DNA of 64,000 nt from Eledone cirrhosa (taxonomy: Eukaryota). The DNA is taken from assembly GCA_964016885.1 (NCBI GenBank), contig OZ024742.1:258540001-258604000 (forward strand), written 5' to 3'. Below, piece after piece: positions 39,639 through 56,749 of the stretch (its first letter is position 1; each line of letters starts with the position of its first letter). The translations under genes were made by a program, and so were the position numbers. The notes under the pieces are model-generated. The model had not been told where the DNA came from. It saw only the letters and a program-made list of their open reading frames with translations, and searched no databases.

Positions 39639-41436
39639 GCGTGTGTGTTTATGTAACATAACATAGTGGGTCAACTAAGAGATTGACTGAATACTTAATA
39701 TACCTGTTAAAATAAGTAATGAGGTGGCTATGAGCGATTAAATGAAAGTGAACTCCCAGTACATCGCAGTTTAATGGCCAATATATGTATCAAAGTGTTG
39801 ACAACTGTGAATATGTTAACAACATTCTGACAACACAAACTTTTACGGGATTGTTGTGTCGAGCGAAGATATGTTAGGGCAGGAATGATATTGATCTCCA
39901 TCGCTTTTTATGATGGGTATTCCAGTTCAATCCAATGGAGCAACATGCTCCTAAATTACGCATTCGAGTGGCGGAGCATTTCATAGACACTTGTAGACTT
40001 AAGGGAATTCTCAGAGAGATGTAGTATTGTACAATTTTTGTCAAGACTTTTCCTTTTAGGACTGTAGTCCATCAGACGGGCTTCCATACAGTTTTCTTCC
40101 ATCTAGTTTCACTCATAATGGCTCGACTAGTACTATGGTTAAGTTGCTATGAAGTTGGATGGGGACTTAATGATTGTGAAACACACTTCTTAACCAATTG
40201 GACATCTAACATCCACAAGTAAATTTTAGAGACTTTGAAAAGCGTGAAAAGAATAATAGTGAAATAAATTAATTACAGCACGAATAGGGATTTATTGTTA
40301 TTTGCAGCTTTAACAACTGAAACTGGATATCATTAAAGGAAATGTAAACAGCAGGAAGTAAAGGGATGACATAGAATGACACAACATTATATCAATTGTA
40401 ACCCATGTGTTAAGAGATGCTGATTACAATGGGCATTAGTTTACAGGTTAAACACAATAATTACATTTGTTTGGATTCTCAAGGACAGAGAAGTTATTGT
40501 CTGTGGTTTATATGTATATCATACATGAATATTTACGTTAGACAATATATTTGAAGAAACTAGAAATGTAACCAAGCAAATAACACAAGATATCATAAAG
40601 CATGAAGAAAAATATATCTTTCTTAACGATTATAATTTGCGTGATTCCACCAAACAAATTAATAATGTTTTATTTTTTCTTCAAAATACACAAACATGTC
40701 AGTACACGTCAGAGATTTCAAAAACAGAAATAAAATTATTTTGATTAAGATCAACAGTAATGTGTACATCATGCATACATACCTATGACAAATATCAATT
40801 GTGTAAACATTTTAACCGTTCCATTCCAAACAACATGTGATAATTTATGTTAGCCCTAGACAATGCAATTTTATATTTCCCATGAAAATATCGTTCATTT
40901 TATTTGTATTTCTATCAACTATAGAATTTTTTTTTCTGTGGCTAGATAACACATATAATGTACATAGCAAGGTTCGTATTAACGAAATACCAACTATTGA
41001 ACTTATCACTGGTTGCCCTTACACAGAGAAACAATCATATTAAATTTCTTTATATATTCAGTTTCATATAAGGTCGTATGAAGATCAGATTTGAAGCTGT
41101 TATTCAAATATAAATTACTCTCGTATTTCAAGAATTACACACATACAATATACATTTTTTTGTTACTGACATAAGCAGTATACTCAACTTCAAATATTTC
41201 CAACAACATATAAGGCCGGATCTATTTCATATAATGTAAATGGCAAAAGACTAATGTAGCTTAAAAAGGCATTTAATATGCGATGAAACGTCCTTGAGTA
41301 CATCAGCAAAGATTTGTTTTCAGTTCCCTTATTCTCATACATAAACATTCCTATAGTGAATTGGATAAATGTAATATTCTACGCAGGCACAAATATAATT
41401 TGAATGCAAGCAACTACAGTTTCTTGTATAGACTAG

Positions 41437-41497
<61 letters not shown>

Positions 41498-41563
41498 TGG
41501 TAGAACACTGGAAGGTAATATCCGTAGTGGTAGAGTACACACTCCATGGGACGAGTTAGGTAG

Positions 41564-41990
<427 letters not shown>

Positions 41991-42789
41991 TATTACCATA
42001 CACTGTACCGATTGTGTCGATATTGCTGTTTACCTTTTACATACCTTTTACTTATATATGCATATATACATACGTACATACATATATTTATATATATATA
42101 TATATATATATATAAGCAAAGGGATATTTAATTTGTTGGTTATTCAACAAATTTATTTATAACAGATTCGAAGCCCTCTTCTGTAGTATAATATCAATGA
42201 TATTAATAAATGAAAATTTATTTCACTGTCCAAACTGAATTTAAAACAATAAGTTCTTGTTTTGGGGATATGTCGATATTTATAAAACAACTTTTGTATT
42301 TTATCTAAGCTTTGACGTACCCTTTTAAGATGCAACCATTATTTTTGGAAGCCATCCGGATAGTGAGTTGTTTATATTATTTTAATAATTCATAGTGTTA
42401 AGGACAATTAGAAAAAGACGGAGAGAAAGAAAGAAAAAGACGGAGAGAGAGAAAGAAAAAACGTGGACAAATATCGGAGAGAGAGAAATGCATGGAAAAA
42501 AAAGAAAGAGATAAATAAAGATAGGAGGAAAGAAAGAAAGAAGAAAAAAGGAAGAATTAGAAAAACAGAGGAAAGCAACAGAGAGATATTAAGTAATCAG
42601 ACAGATAGAAAAACTCAAGAGAGAGAAATATTATATAGAGAGAGAGGGAGATAGTGAAAACTTTACGTCATGTCATATTAAGTTGAGTTAACAATCTATA
42701 TGAAATGAATAATAACATATAAATATTAATATTCATGAATGGGACATAAATATATAATATGAGCAATTAAACATTGTTTAATAATGACT

Positions 42790-43113
42790 ATATGTTTAGT
42801 TTAAAACTTGAGATCAATATACCAAAATTTGGTACATTTTGGAGATTAAACCCAAATTTTGGTATATTGATCTCAAGTTTTAAACTAAACATATGGAATT
42901 ATGGCTGTCACGTGAACAAATTTTCGTGCCCTTATTTGGAAATCCATTCTGTAGCCTTTTTAGAGAATTTTATGATAAGTGAAAGATAATGGTCAAGAGA
43001 AAGGGATGGGAGAATTGTTCTGATTCAGTGAATATTGTTAGTTCGCTGGGGTGTCAGAATTCAGAATTTCTATTGAATAAAGACAGTAAAGATATGTATG
43101 TTTATGTGTGTGC

Positions 43114-43188
<75 letters not shown>

Positions 43189-43383
43189 AATTTCTTTACT
43201 TAAAAAAAAGGTGGCTCAAGAAGGGTTTTTTCTAAATTCTCTAAAAAAGCTACATAATGGATTTCCAAATAAGGGCACGAAATTTTAATGAAAAATTGTT
43301 CACGTGACAACCATAATTTCATTTATAACCAACCCCAAAAAAGCCTTCGTGAGCCCCTTTCTTCAGTAAAAAGAAATTCAAAC
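42790..43383. repeat. Cluster of inverted repeats
   Basis: Hairpin 42790-42894; pairs 42895-42970/43232-43320 and 43185-43230/43335-43383. Confidence 0.8.
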
Positions 43384-43571
43384 ACCCATATATGAAAAAA
43401 CAACCTGTGACAACCCCCCCTCTGGCGCGAAATCTATTATAATTATTGACAAACCAATCAAATTACTTCTCGAAAAACCTGGCATTTCGAGCCAAATTTT
43501 CCATATAAAACAAGTAACATTCAGAGACCAACCAGATGTGAGAAAAACCACAGATCCTCCATCTCAACTCA

Positions 43572-43609
43572 CCTTTTGAAAAGTAGAAGAACTGCGAAAC
43601 CGGTAAAGG
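43572..43609 (+). ncRNA. Variant minimal hammerhead (UUGAAAA core)
   Basis: CCTT-TTGAAAA-GTAG aagaa CTGC-GAAA-CCGG-TA-AAGG. Confidence 0.72.
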
Positions 43610-43673
43610 AACCAAATAAATATATATATTTTAAAAAAAAATAAGACTCCAGTTGCATTTTCGATTTCATCTC

Positions 43674-43726
<53 letters not shown>

Positions 43727-43776
43727 ATGTGTGTGTGCATATATGTGCATATATCTGTATATATATATATATACAT

Positions 43777-43819
<43 letters not shown>

Positions 43820-43856
43820 GGTGTTAAAGTTTGCTTGAAGCATTGTGAAATGTGTC

Positions 43857-45867
43857 AAAATACGTATTTAAGAAAGCCACAACAATGCAAAGGGAAATCT
43901 CGAGGTAGGAAGTGAAATATAGATAGGAAAAACAGGTGAAAGTGAAAATTGAGAGAGACAAAGATGAAAACAAAACAAAGGTAGAAGGGTTACCGTAGTA
44001 GAGATTTAATCCCAATATTTCGGGCTCACGCCCATCAACGGGGGAAAAGTTCCAAAAGGGGGGGAACAGGCCAAGCGGAGAAAGTTGTGATGTCGTTAAG
44101 ACAGGAATGCCGTTATGGGGAGAAAATTATTTAAAATTTAAAGGAGGGAAAGAATGCGCGTGCGCGTGATAGGCTGTGGCAAAAGCTACTGACCAAATGG
44201 GTTAAATCAAGAGGGTGCGTTAGCGTGTGAAAGCCGTAAGATATGTGTATGTAGATATATATGTGTGTGTAACTGTGTGTGTATAAGTGTAAGTGTGTAT
44301 ATGTGTGAGTGTGTGTGTGTGTGAAAGATAGTGGGCTGTAGAAGTTGGAAATCAAAGGGTGTGAAAGGTGGTAGGTTGTAAAATATGTGTGCGTGTATAA
44401 ATATAGATGTGTGTGTGTAAGCGTATGGGTATACATGTGTGTGTGTATGCGTATGGGTATGCATATACGTGCGTGTGTGTGAAGATAGCAGACCGTAGGC
44501 TGTAAATGGTCATTATGGTTAAGTTAGCCATATCAGCTCATTTCTCTCAGCCCGGTTGTTAAGTGGGGGTCTGAGGTTCTTAATAACAAGTGCTTCCTTT
44601 ATCCTTAAGGATCCGATGCTGCGTTCAGTCGCTAGGACTGTGACCAAGGGTCTACCCTGTGGGTTTCCGCATTTAAGGATATGTTTACGGAAGGAAGATG
44701 CGTTGGTGTTGATATGTTCCTTGATACGAACATGTAGGGGTCGGATGGTGCTACCTATGTAAAACTTGTTACATTTATCGCATTGAATTTTATATACGAC
44801 ATAGGTGCGTAGGCAATCTGCCCCCCGTATCGGGCAGTTGCTGAGGGAACACGTCCCATCTGCCTCGTAGGGTTTGTTGGAGAGGCATCTTCGCAGCGAA
44901 GGTCCTGTGTGGGCCAAATGTATGTCAAGTCCCTCCGTCCGTATGGCCCTGCGGATGGCGTTCGTGGTATATTCACTCAGGTGGGGGATTTTAAAGAAGC
45001 ACCTGCTAATATTAAGTTTTCTAGTGGGTGCCAGTCTACTGGGTCTGGGGTCTCTAAATGCGGAAACCCACAGGTTAGACCCTTGGTCACAGTCCTAGCG
45101 ACTGAACGCAGCATCGGATCCTTAAGGATAAAGGAAGCACTTGATATTAAGAACCTCAGACCCCCACTTAACAACCGGACTGAGAGAAATGAGCTGATAT
45201 GGCTAACTTAACCATAATGACCATTTACAGCCTACGGTCTGCTATCTTCACACACACGCACGTATATGCATACCCATACGCATACACACACACATGTATA
45301 CCCATACGCTTACACACACACATCTATATTTATACACGCACACATATTTTACAACCTACCACCTTTCACACCCTTTGATTTCCAACTTCTACAGCCCACT
45401 ATCTTTCACACACACACACACTCACACATATACACACTTACACTTATACACACACAGTTACACACACATATATATCTACATACACATATCTTACGGCTTT
45501 CACACGCTAACGCACCCTCTTGATTTAACCCATTTGGTCAGTAGCTTTTGACACAGCCTATCACGCGCACGCGCATTCTTTCCCTCCTTTAAATTTTAAA
45601 TATTTTTCTCCCCATAACGGCATTCCTGTCTTAACGACATCACAACTCTCTCCGCTTGGCCTGTTCCCCCCCTTTTGGAACTTTTCCCCCGTTGATGGGC
45701 GTGAGCCCGAAATATTGGGATTAAATCTCTACTACGGTAACCCTTCTACCTTTGTTTTGTTTTCATCTTTGTCTCTCTCAATTTTCACTTTCACCTGTTT
45801 TTCCTATCTATATTTCACTTCCTACCTCGAGATTTCCCTTTGCATTGTTGTGGCTTTCTTAAATACG

Positions 45868-45874
<7 letters not shown>
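43857..45874. mobile_element. PLE fold-back with ~820-bp near-identical arms
   Basis: 43857-44675 is the reverse complement of 45056-45874; spacer carries the upstream ORF part. Confidence 0.92.
44519..45050 (-). pseudogene. PLE GIY-YIG endonuclease (5'-truncated)
   Basis: CSLSNCPI..C..VVYKIQCDKCNKFYIGSTIRPLHVRIKEH..EALVIK..LN. Confidence 0.9.
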
Positions 45875-45923
<49 letters not shown>

Positions 45924-45936
45924 TACACACATATAC

Positions 45937-45999
<63 letters not shown>

Positions 46000-46314
46000 C
46001 ACACACACATACATACATGTATATATATATATAAGAAAAGGTGTGACCCCGACGGCAGAGCTCAAGCCGTTTCGACGGCAATTTATGAACTGAATTATAA
46101 TTTTTACCTTGGGGTCATAATTTTTCCTGTTTCCCACTCTACTACCTTAAGTATTGAGTACTCTGGTGCGTTATGGTCCATCTGGTTCCTTATCACATTT
46201 CCTTAGTTATATATATATATATATATAAATATACACATATTTGTATATATATACATATATATATATGTATTTATATATATGTATACACACATATATACGC
46301 ACATATATATACGT

Positions 46315-46348
<34 letters not shown>

Positions 46349-46803
46349 GGTGGCTGCCAACTCGTTTTTGAGTACGGCCACTACTTTATATCCGTGTAGG
46401 AGAACCCCTACCGATGCGCTGAACGAGTGTGACGTTTTAGTCCAGCCAGCGACTTGAAAACTCTGGTACAGAAACTACACTTGTGAACATTATTGACACA
46501 TAGTGCTGGGCTCATGGTGCCATGTGACGACAAGTGCCTGCTCCGTGAAACTTTTATAGTGAGCAAAGGCACTGCACAAAGCCTGTCCCACTCTCTTGAC
46601 CAAGATGATATTTACCAAAAAGAAGAAAAAGTCAACATCATTGGATACCATCAGGGTTGCAGGTGTTATATCAGAGTTTTCCTTCTCCTATAATTCTGCC
46701 TTGACATAGGCTAAGGGGTCATTCATATATATATATATATATATATATAGATAGATATATAGATATATATATATATATGTGTGTATATATATATACATAT
46801 ATG

Positions 46804-46928
<125 letters not shown>

Positions 46929-46947
46929 CATATATATATATATATAT

Positions 46948-48994
46948 AACGGCGATGAATTAGTTTTGCGAGGTTTTTTATATGAAATCGTGTGTCGAAA
47001 CAAATATTGTTATACTTGGGGAGGGTCATATTTGTGTAATTTTTCCAGAATTAATAACAGAACACATTCACTGTTTGGTTGGTTTTCGCTTTTCGTTTCT
47101 GTGTCTTTTATATCGGTAACCTAATTTATTCGGTCCTCAATGTTGCCATTGACTGACTGACGGTCAAAAAAAATACAGATACAATATAGACACAAACACA
47201 GATATATAGTTTATCAAAGTTCTTTCGTTGCACATCTGCAACATCGTCAGTGGTGCTATTGTTTCCTCCCGTTACATTGTATGTCTACGCCATTTTTATT
47301 TAGTCTGTCTATATATTTATTTATTTATTTATTTGTTTGTTTATTTATTTTATTTTGTCTTCTTTGAGCATGCGTTTGCGTGTGTGTATAGTGTTTTGTT
47401 TGATGTGTGTTCGTGATTGTTTTCTATGTATTCTACGTATTCTATCTTTACTAGTGTGTGTTTATATGTGTTTGTGTTATTGTGCTTGTGTATGTATTTA
47501 TTTATTTATTTATCTTTTTATTTATTTATTTGTGGTTATCTTAGGTCAGTGTTGTTTCTTTGGGTGTTGTTATTCCATTCATTCTTTCTGTTTAGTCTTG
47601 GCCTTCTAAGATCTATTTCATTGGCCTCTCTGATTTGCCTGTCTGCTGGGTCATTTCTATGTTTAGATATTATTCTAATTTCTATGTTGTCTATGTTACC
47701 GCCGTGTTGTTGTCTGGCATGTTCCTATAGTACTGACCTGTTTTTTCGTCCTTTTAGTTCCCCCCAGTGTTGGTCCATCATTTCACCTATGCAACGAGCT
47801 GTCTCGCCTATGTATGTTGTTGTCATGTTTCTGCAAGTAACCTCTGTACATCTTATGCTATAAACTACGTTTCTAGTTTAACAGTTTATCCGGGGGTTTA
47901 CCTTACATATGATACATTTCCTATTAGTACAGTGGGTTTTCTTAAAAGGGTAGGTTTTGCTGATCAGGAATTTTATGGTGGTTCCTGGCTTTTCTACCAC
48001 CTTAATCTTTAAGTGGGTCTTTCTCAGGGCCTTTCTACACTGGTTAGCTAATTTCCCTCCAGGGGTAGCGTCCACAAACATGACATTCTGGTATCTCTGG
48101 TTGTCGTACCATGAGGTGGCTTTCCCTATCTTATGTCTAGCCCTCTCTAAGCTATTCCATGATTTGATCCTGTATAATGGGCAAATTCCTTTCATGTCCT
48201 GTTCTATGAGGGTCTTATACTTCTCCATGGCTCCTTCGTATACTCTGACTCTGTCTCTTTGGTTGTAGCCAGAGAACTGCATGCGGTTGATGAAGTGTTG
48301 GATGTGTCTTTCCATTTATGTTGGGTCGCACATGCGGGACACATTCTTCATCACTCGTACCAAATCTGCGATCAGAATCTTAAACTTAGCACTATTGGAC
48401 ATTGCTGAGTTTTGAGTATCAGGTATTTGGAGGCCATGGGTTTAGCATAGTGTGAGTGGAGAATGTGGGCTCTCTCGTCTATAGTGTTAATCCAGAGTTG
48501 CGTGTCTAATACAGGTAGTCTATTGTTAGGGTGTTTGGAAGGGAAGTCGATAGTTACAGTTATACTCTGGTGTATGGAATTAGCTATCTGTTGGATGCTT
48601 TCCATTGTGCTACGTTCTAAATCAAACTTGTTAGTGCTCTCTAGTGGGGATGTTCTTATAACTATATTGATATCGTCTACGTAACGAGAGTACATGATGA
48701 GGTCTATGGAGCTCTCATTAAGGAGATCTTTAAGTCTCCTTTCAAACCATACCATGAAAAGGTTGGCAACATCTCCAGCTATACTGACGCCAATGGCTGC
48801 TCCCTCATTTTGGGTGTAGATCTTCTCGTTGAACTTGAATATGTGGCCCTTTAGGGTAATTTTGATACTAGCCCCTATCGCATGTGCGACCATTTTTCTT
48901 ACCTGATCATTGTTTTGGGGCGTCCAAACAGTGAGTGTGTTCTGTTATTAATTCTGGTAATATTACACAAATATGACCCTCCCCAAGTATAACA

Positions 48995-48995
<1 letters not shown>
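46948..48995 (-). mobile_element. 5'-truncated PLE (second lineage) with inverted terminal piece
   Basis: RT GAAIGVSIAGDVANLF, YSRYVDDI, LPVLD, KPMAS, MQFSGY (47878-48893); endonuclease remnant to ~47560; 48923-48995 is inverted relative to 47003-47078. Confidence 0.88.
47214..47253 (-). ncRNA. Hammerhead-like motif with extra U after A9
   Basis: Reverse complement CCA-CTGACGA-T-GTTGCA gatg TGCAAC-GAAA-GAAC-TT-TGA; weak stem I; homolog at 26682-26721 has a different but pairing stem II. Confidence 0.55.
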
Positions 48996-49061
<66 letters not shown>

Positions 49062-49156
49062 CATACATATATATATATATATGTATATATATATACATAT
49101 ATGTGTATATATATATACATGTATGTGTGTGCGTATATGTATGTATATATTTATAC

Positions 49157-49190
<34 letters not shown>

Positions 49191-49222
49191 ATATATATAT
49201 ACATATATATACATACATATAT

Positions 49223-49286
<64 letters not shown>

Positions 49287-49287
49287 T

Positions 49288-49384
<97 letters not shown>

Positions 49385-49726
49385 ATATATATACATATAT
49401 ACACACACACACACACATACAAACATATACACACATATATATATATATATTAATATATATATATACACATATACATATATATATACACACATATATACAT
49501 ATATATATATATATATATGCACATATACATATATATATATATACACATATATACATATATATAAATATACATATGCATGTGTATACATATACATGCGCAT
49601 ACACATACATATATGCATATATATATACATAAACATACATATACATATATACATATACATATATACATATATACACACATAGACACATATATATATACAT
49701 ACATATACATATATACACACATACCC

Positions 49727-49781
<55 letters not shown>

Positions 49782-49914
49782 TACACACATATACATATAC
49801 ACATATATATACACACATACACATGCATATACATATACATATATATAACACACACATATATATATAAGTAAGTATGTTTTGAAACAGTGACCAGGTTTGA
49901 AATTAGAAAATAAA

Positions 49915-50094
49915 ATAGCTTTTACCGTATTTTTGACTAAAGGAATTTTAGCCTGATAATGGGGTTTAGAACCCTCAGATGAATGGAAAGAGATGAGTAT
50001 TGACCTCAATACTCATCTTTTTCCATTTATCTGAGTGTTCTAAACCCCATTATCAGGCTAAAATTCCTTTCGTCAAAAATACGCTGAAAGCTAT
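49915..50094. repeat. 180-bp imperfect palindrome
   Basis: Centre tattga-cc-tcaata at 50004/50005. Confidence 0.88.
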
Positions 50095-50109
50095 CATATA
50101 TACATGTAT

Positions 50110-50154
<45 letters not shown>

Positions 50155-50169
50155 CATATATATATATAA

Positions 50170-50377
50170 TCAATCGACTTTAGTCAAATCAGACCGAGGA
50201 AACATTGTTTCCGTTGGTCTTACCAATTGCTAGTACTATCTATCGGTCGCAACTCCAGGTAGAAGGAGCCACGTGAAATAAAGTGTCTTGCTGAAGGACA
50301 TAACGCATCGCCAGGAATCGAACTCGCAACCTCAAGATTGTTAATCGAATTCTCTAACCACTCAGCCACACGCCTTC

Positions 50378-50380
<3 letters not shown>
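50170..50380 (-). mobile_element. Second tRNA-derived SINE family
   Basis: Reverse complement: TGGCTGAGTGG A-box, GAGTTCGATTCC B-box, then gtccttcagcaagacactt core. Confidence 0.8.
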
Positions 50381-50428
<48 letters not shown>

Positions 50429-51458
50429 ATACATATATACATATGCATATATATATATATATATATATACATATATGTGTATATACACAAACACATGCCT
50501 ATACACATACACACACATATACATACATACATGCCCATAGATTCACATATACATATATATACATATACATATATATACACATATATACATATATATACAT
50601 ATATATAGTGATTTTTTGTATTCTTACAAAATTTACACTTACTGAATTCTTTCCCCATATATAGGGGTTCCCTCCCTTGCTGGACTACACGTGCGTCCAG
50701 TAACAGGTCCCCCTGTATCCTTGAAAGAAACATCCGTTGAGAAAGCAGGTTCCACGTTCATCTTTACTAGAAGTCAGATATTTTTTTATGTGGGCTGACA
50801 GTAATTGATTAAGGAACTGCAGAAACCCCAAAAGCTAGAATTTAACGTCCTTCTAGCGGGTCCGGGTGAGTTTTTTACATTAATTTAATCTATTAAATTA
50901 TTAATTTTTTATTTGAGTGACCCGAATTTTCCTGGTCGTTTTTTTCGGCTGTGCGATTGATTCTAAGCATCGTCTTTATGTGTTGGTATTTTAACGATAG
51001 TTATAGCTCTGGTTCATCCAAACTATTGAGCCCTCTGCTACACATGTCGAAGTTTGTTTATCGTTATTTCGTGGGCCGAGATTCTGATTATCGATTATTT
51101 ACTTATACATATAGTATACATATATATATAGTATACATATATATATAGTATACATATATATATAGTAATAATAATAAATTATATATTATATATAATTATA
51201 TATAAGTAAATATATACATATATATATTTACTCATATATATAGTATACATATATATATAGTATAAATATATATATAGTAATAATAATATATTTGAAAACT
51301 AAAATCCAAAGAAGGCTCGATAATGATAAATATATATCAAATATATAAAATAAATACACACACATACACACATATATACACATCCATACACACATACATA
51401 CACATACACATACATATACATATATACATATATATACACACAAATACACACTACACAC

Positions 51459-51500
<42 letters not shown>

Positions 51501-51513
51501 TACATATATATAT

Positions 51514-51608
<95 letters not shown>

Positions 51609-52010
51609 TATACATATACACACATATATATATTTATACACATATATATATATAAACATATATATATATATATTTATATATATATATATATACATATATA
51701 TACACATATACACATACATATACACGCACATATATATAAATATATATACATATATACATACATATATATATATCTACATATATATATATACATATATATA
51801 TTATATATATGGATATATATACATATACATACATATACACATACATATACACATATATATATATACGCATATACATATATATATATATACACACGTATAT
51901 ATATATATATATATACATATACACACATACATACACACATATGTACATACATATACACTCATACACATATATATATATATATACACATATATATATATAT
52001 ACACATATAA

Positions 52011-52055
<45 letters not shown>

Positions 52056-52061
52056 ATATTT

Positions 52062-52105
<44 letters not shown>

Positions 52106-52285
52106 AAACATAAATTATCGAAATTCGCATTTCGGCCCACGAAATAACGAAAAACTTCCTTCGATATATATGTATATATAGACATATATATATACATAGA
52201 CATATATATGTACACATATATACACATATACATACATATTTATATATATATACACATTTATACATATATATATATATACACATAT

Positions 52286-52319
<34 letters not shown>

Positions 52320-52384
52320 ATATACACATACACACATATATATATATATATACATCTAAATACAAATATATACATACATATACA

Positions 52385-52525
<141 letters not shown>

Positions 52526-52995
52526 TTATGTGATAAACAACATAAGGCAATTATTCCATTTACCAGTGGTTTCTTAAAAGCAAAAAGTTTTGCTTTCAAT
52601 CCTCAGAATGAAAAAAATCCTGGTCTGTTTATTGAATTTGGATTTTAAAAACAAAAATGCAATCTATATGAAAGTGAGGCTGGAGAAAGAAGAAGGAAAG
52701 TAAAAATAAAATAAAATAAAACCACACATGCAAACACACACACATAAACACAAATAAGCATACATACACACACACACACACATATATATATATACACATA
52801 CATACACATATATACACATACATACATATATACACTCATACATACACACACACCTATACACATATATATGTGTATATAAATACACATATACACATACATA
52901 TACACATAGATACATACGCACATAAATATCAACACATCCATACATACACATATACAGCCACACAGACATATATACACACATACATATATATATAT

Positions 52996-53026
<31 letters not shown>

Positions 53027-53422
53027 CACATATATATATATACATGCATACACATACACATACACATACACATACATAGCCATACACGCATACATATACA
53101 TACTTACATACATGCACAATCATAACTATATACACACGTACATACATACACATACATAAATGCGTACATATGCATGTACAAAATTAGAAAAATATACACA
53201 CCTCTACATATTCACACACGCGATACAGCGACGAGTAGATGAACAGACACGCGTGGTAAGCAATACACAAATGCACGTACACATACGTACGAAAAGGTAA
53301 ATACATACATACACTCTCACACATAAATATACATATACAAATACATAAACACATACATACACATACACAAATACATACACAAACACACACACATATACAT
53401 GTATACACACACATATACGCAT

Positions 53423-53470
<48 letters not shown>

Positions 53471-53559
53471 ACACACATATATATATACACATACACACAC
53501 ACATACATACATAGCTATACAATTACGTACATATCACAAACACGCACAACCAAATACAA

Positions 53560-53614
<55 letters not shown>

Positions 53615-54021
53615 TATATATGTGTGTGTGTAAAACTCAATCTTAGATAATTCATATGAACGTTATATATACATATGTATAGTAGTAATGTAATAAACAA
53701 CATAAGGCAATTATTCCATTCACTAGTGGTTTCTTAAAAGCAAAAAAATGTAGCCTTCAATCCTCAGAATGAAAAAAAACCTGGTCTATCTACATATACA
53801 TATATATACACACATATATATATATATATATGTACACATACACATACATACACATACATTTTGGTATGTGAAGGGTAAGGCAAAAATAATATATGGGGGA
53901 GTGGAAAGACATAGGAAAAGGTGAAATATAAGGGGAGATAAGGGAGAAAAAAATACAAGAGTACAGAACGTGGATTCAGCAAATAAAAAAACCGTAGCAG
54001 AAGTAAAGAGCAGAAAGGAGT

Positions 54022-55265
<1,244 letters not shown>

Positions 55266-55538
55266 GGGACCCGGTTACTGGAAGCTCAACTTGTCCTTAC
55301 CGGCAAGTAAGGCTTACAGGGACCGGATTAGCACTTTAGTTAAGGAGCGGTTGACGGGCGCCATCGTCAACAGCAGGTGGTGGGGAGATAGATAAATATA
55401 CACGTGTGTATAGAAGATTATATTAATAAAAGGAATTCCAACTTTGTCTCATATACTCGTTTTATTTACAATCCTTTAGAATTTATAATGGTATTAGAAT
55501 GAAATAGTATGGTAGAATATTAAATGTTAAGTGTTAAT

Positions 55539-55577
55539 TGAACAAGTACTTTCATGCTTTCGCAATCTTCAGGTTCA
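55539..55577 (-). ncRNA. Minimal type I hammerhead ribozyme (39 nt)
   Basis: Reverse complement TGAAC-CTGAAGA-T TGC gaaa GCA T-GAAA-GTAC-TT-GTTCA. Confidence 0.85.
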
Positions 55578-56211
55578 TAATGTGTGGTGACAGTCAAGTT
55601 TGCAATTTTCAACTGTAACGAGATGGGTACATTTTGTACCTTACATACAGTGAAAGGTGGCTCCAGAATGCTAAATCTTGCAAACTGTATTTCGATCAAT
55701 CTGTGTGTAGTTTCACTGAATTACTAAAGCTGATTGGTTTAGGCGTCACGGTTGGTTGAGCATGTCTAACGACTACTAATTGACCCTATCCAAAGCACCA
55801 ATTGTTTTGCTATTTTTAGAATTGATGAAAATAGAATATTCTAGTAATCTTCACCATCAACATCACTTTTATTATTATTATTATTGTTGTTGTTGTTAGT
55901 GGTCGTAGTCGACATGGTTGTAGTCATAGTGATAGTAGGAGTGAATATCCCATTATTATTGTTCATTTAGCTTGCGTTTGAATTTATCAATAAAATTATT
56001 TTCTTTGATTTTTCTCTTGATTTCACTTGGGCTGTGTAATTTGTAGAAGGGGAATATTATAAATATTCCCTGTCCACATGTTGCTAGATGGTTACTTAGG
56101 GGTATCTGACGGACATTTGGGTCTCTGATTTTCTCTCCGTCTACCTGTGCACGTACCGATAGTGCATTTCCAGTTTGACCGACATATAGTTCTTCACAAT
56201 TCGGGCATTTA

Positions 56212-56418
<207 letters not shown>

Positions 56419-56749
56419 GATATACACATCTACATATACATCTATATATATATATATATACAAACAAACATACACATACATGCCCATATGCAGGTACATA
56501 TGAACTTACGTACACACAACGATACACATACAAACGAACGGCCACTCATACAAATACATACAAAAATGTACTCATCAAAATACGCATATACACAGGCACA
56601 TAAAACCAGCTCTACAAGCAGAAAATGCAGATAGGTAAGAGTTACTTACATAACCATAGTGCTGTGTTTCATGTTGGGTAGGGGTAGGGTGGAAAGGAGG
56701 TGAAGGGGAAATTTTGTCGGGTGGCATTTAAAAAAAAGGGAAGTCGTTT

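Noticed and set aside
43300-43380. Minus-strand CTGAAGA..GAAA in the inverted-repeat cluster
   Set aside because: No stem I or stem II complementarity
46350-46720. Possible RTE LINE 5' UTR (minus strand ggagaaggaaaactctga)
   Set aside because: One short remembered motif only; insufficient to call
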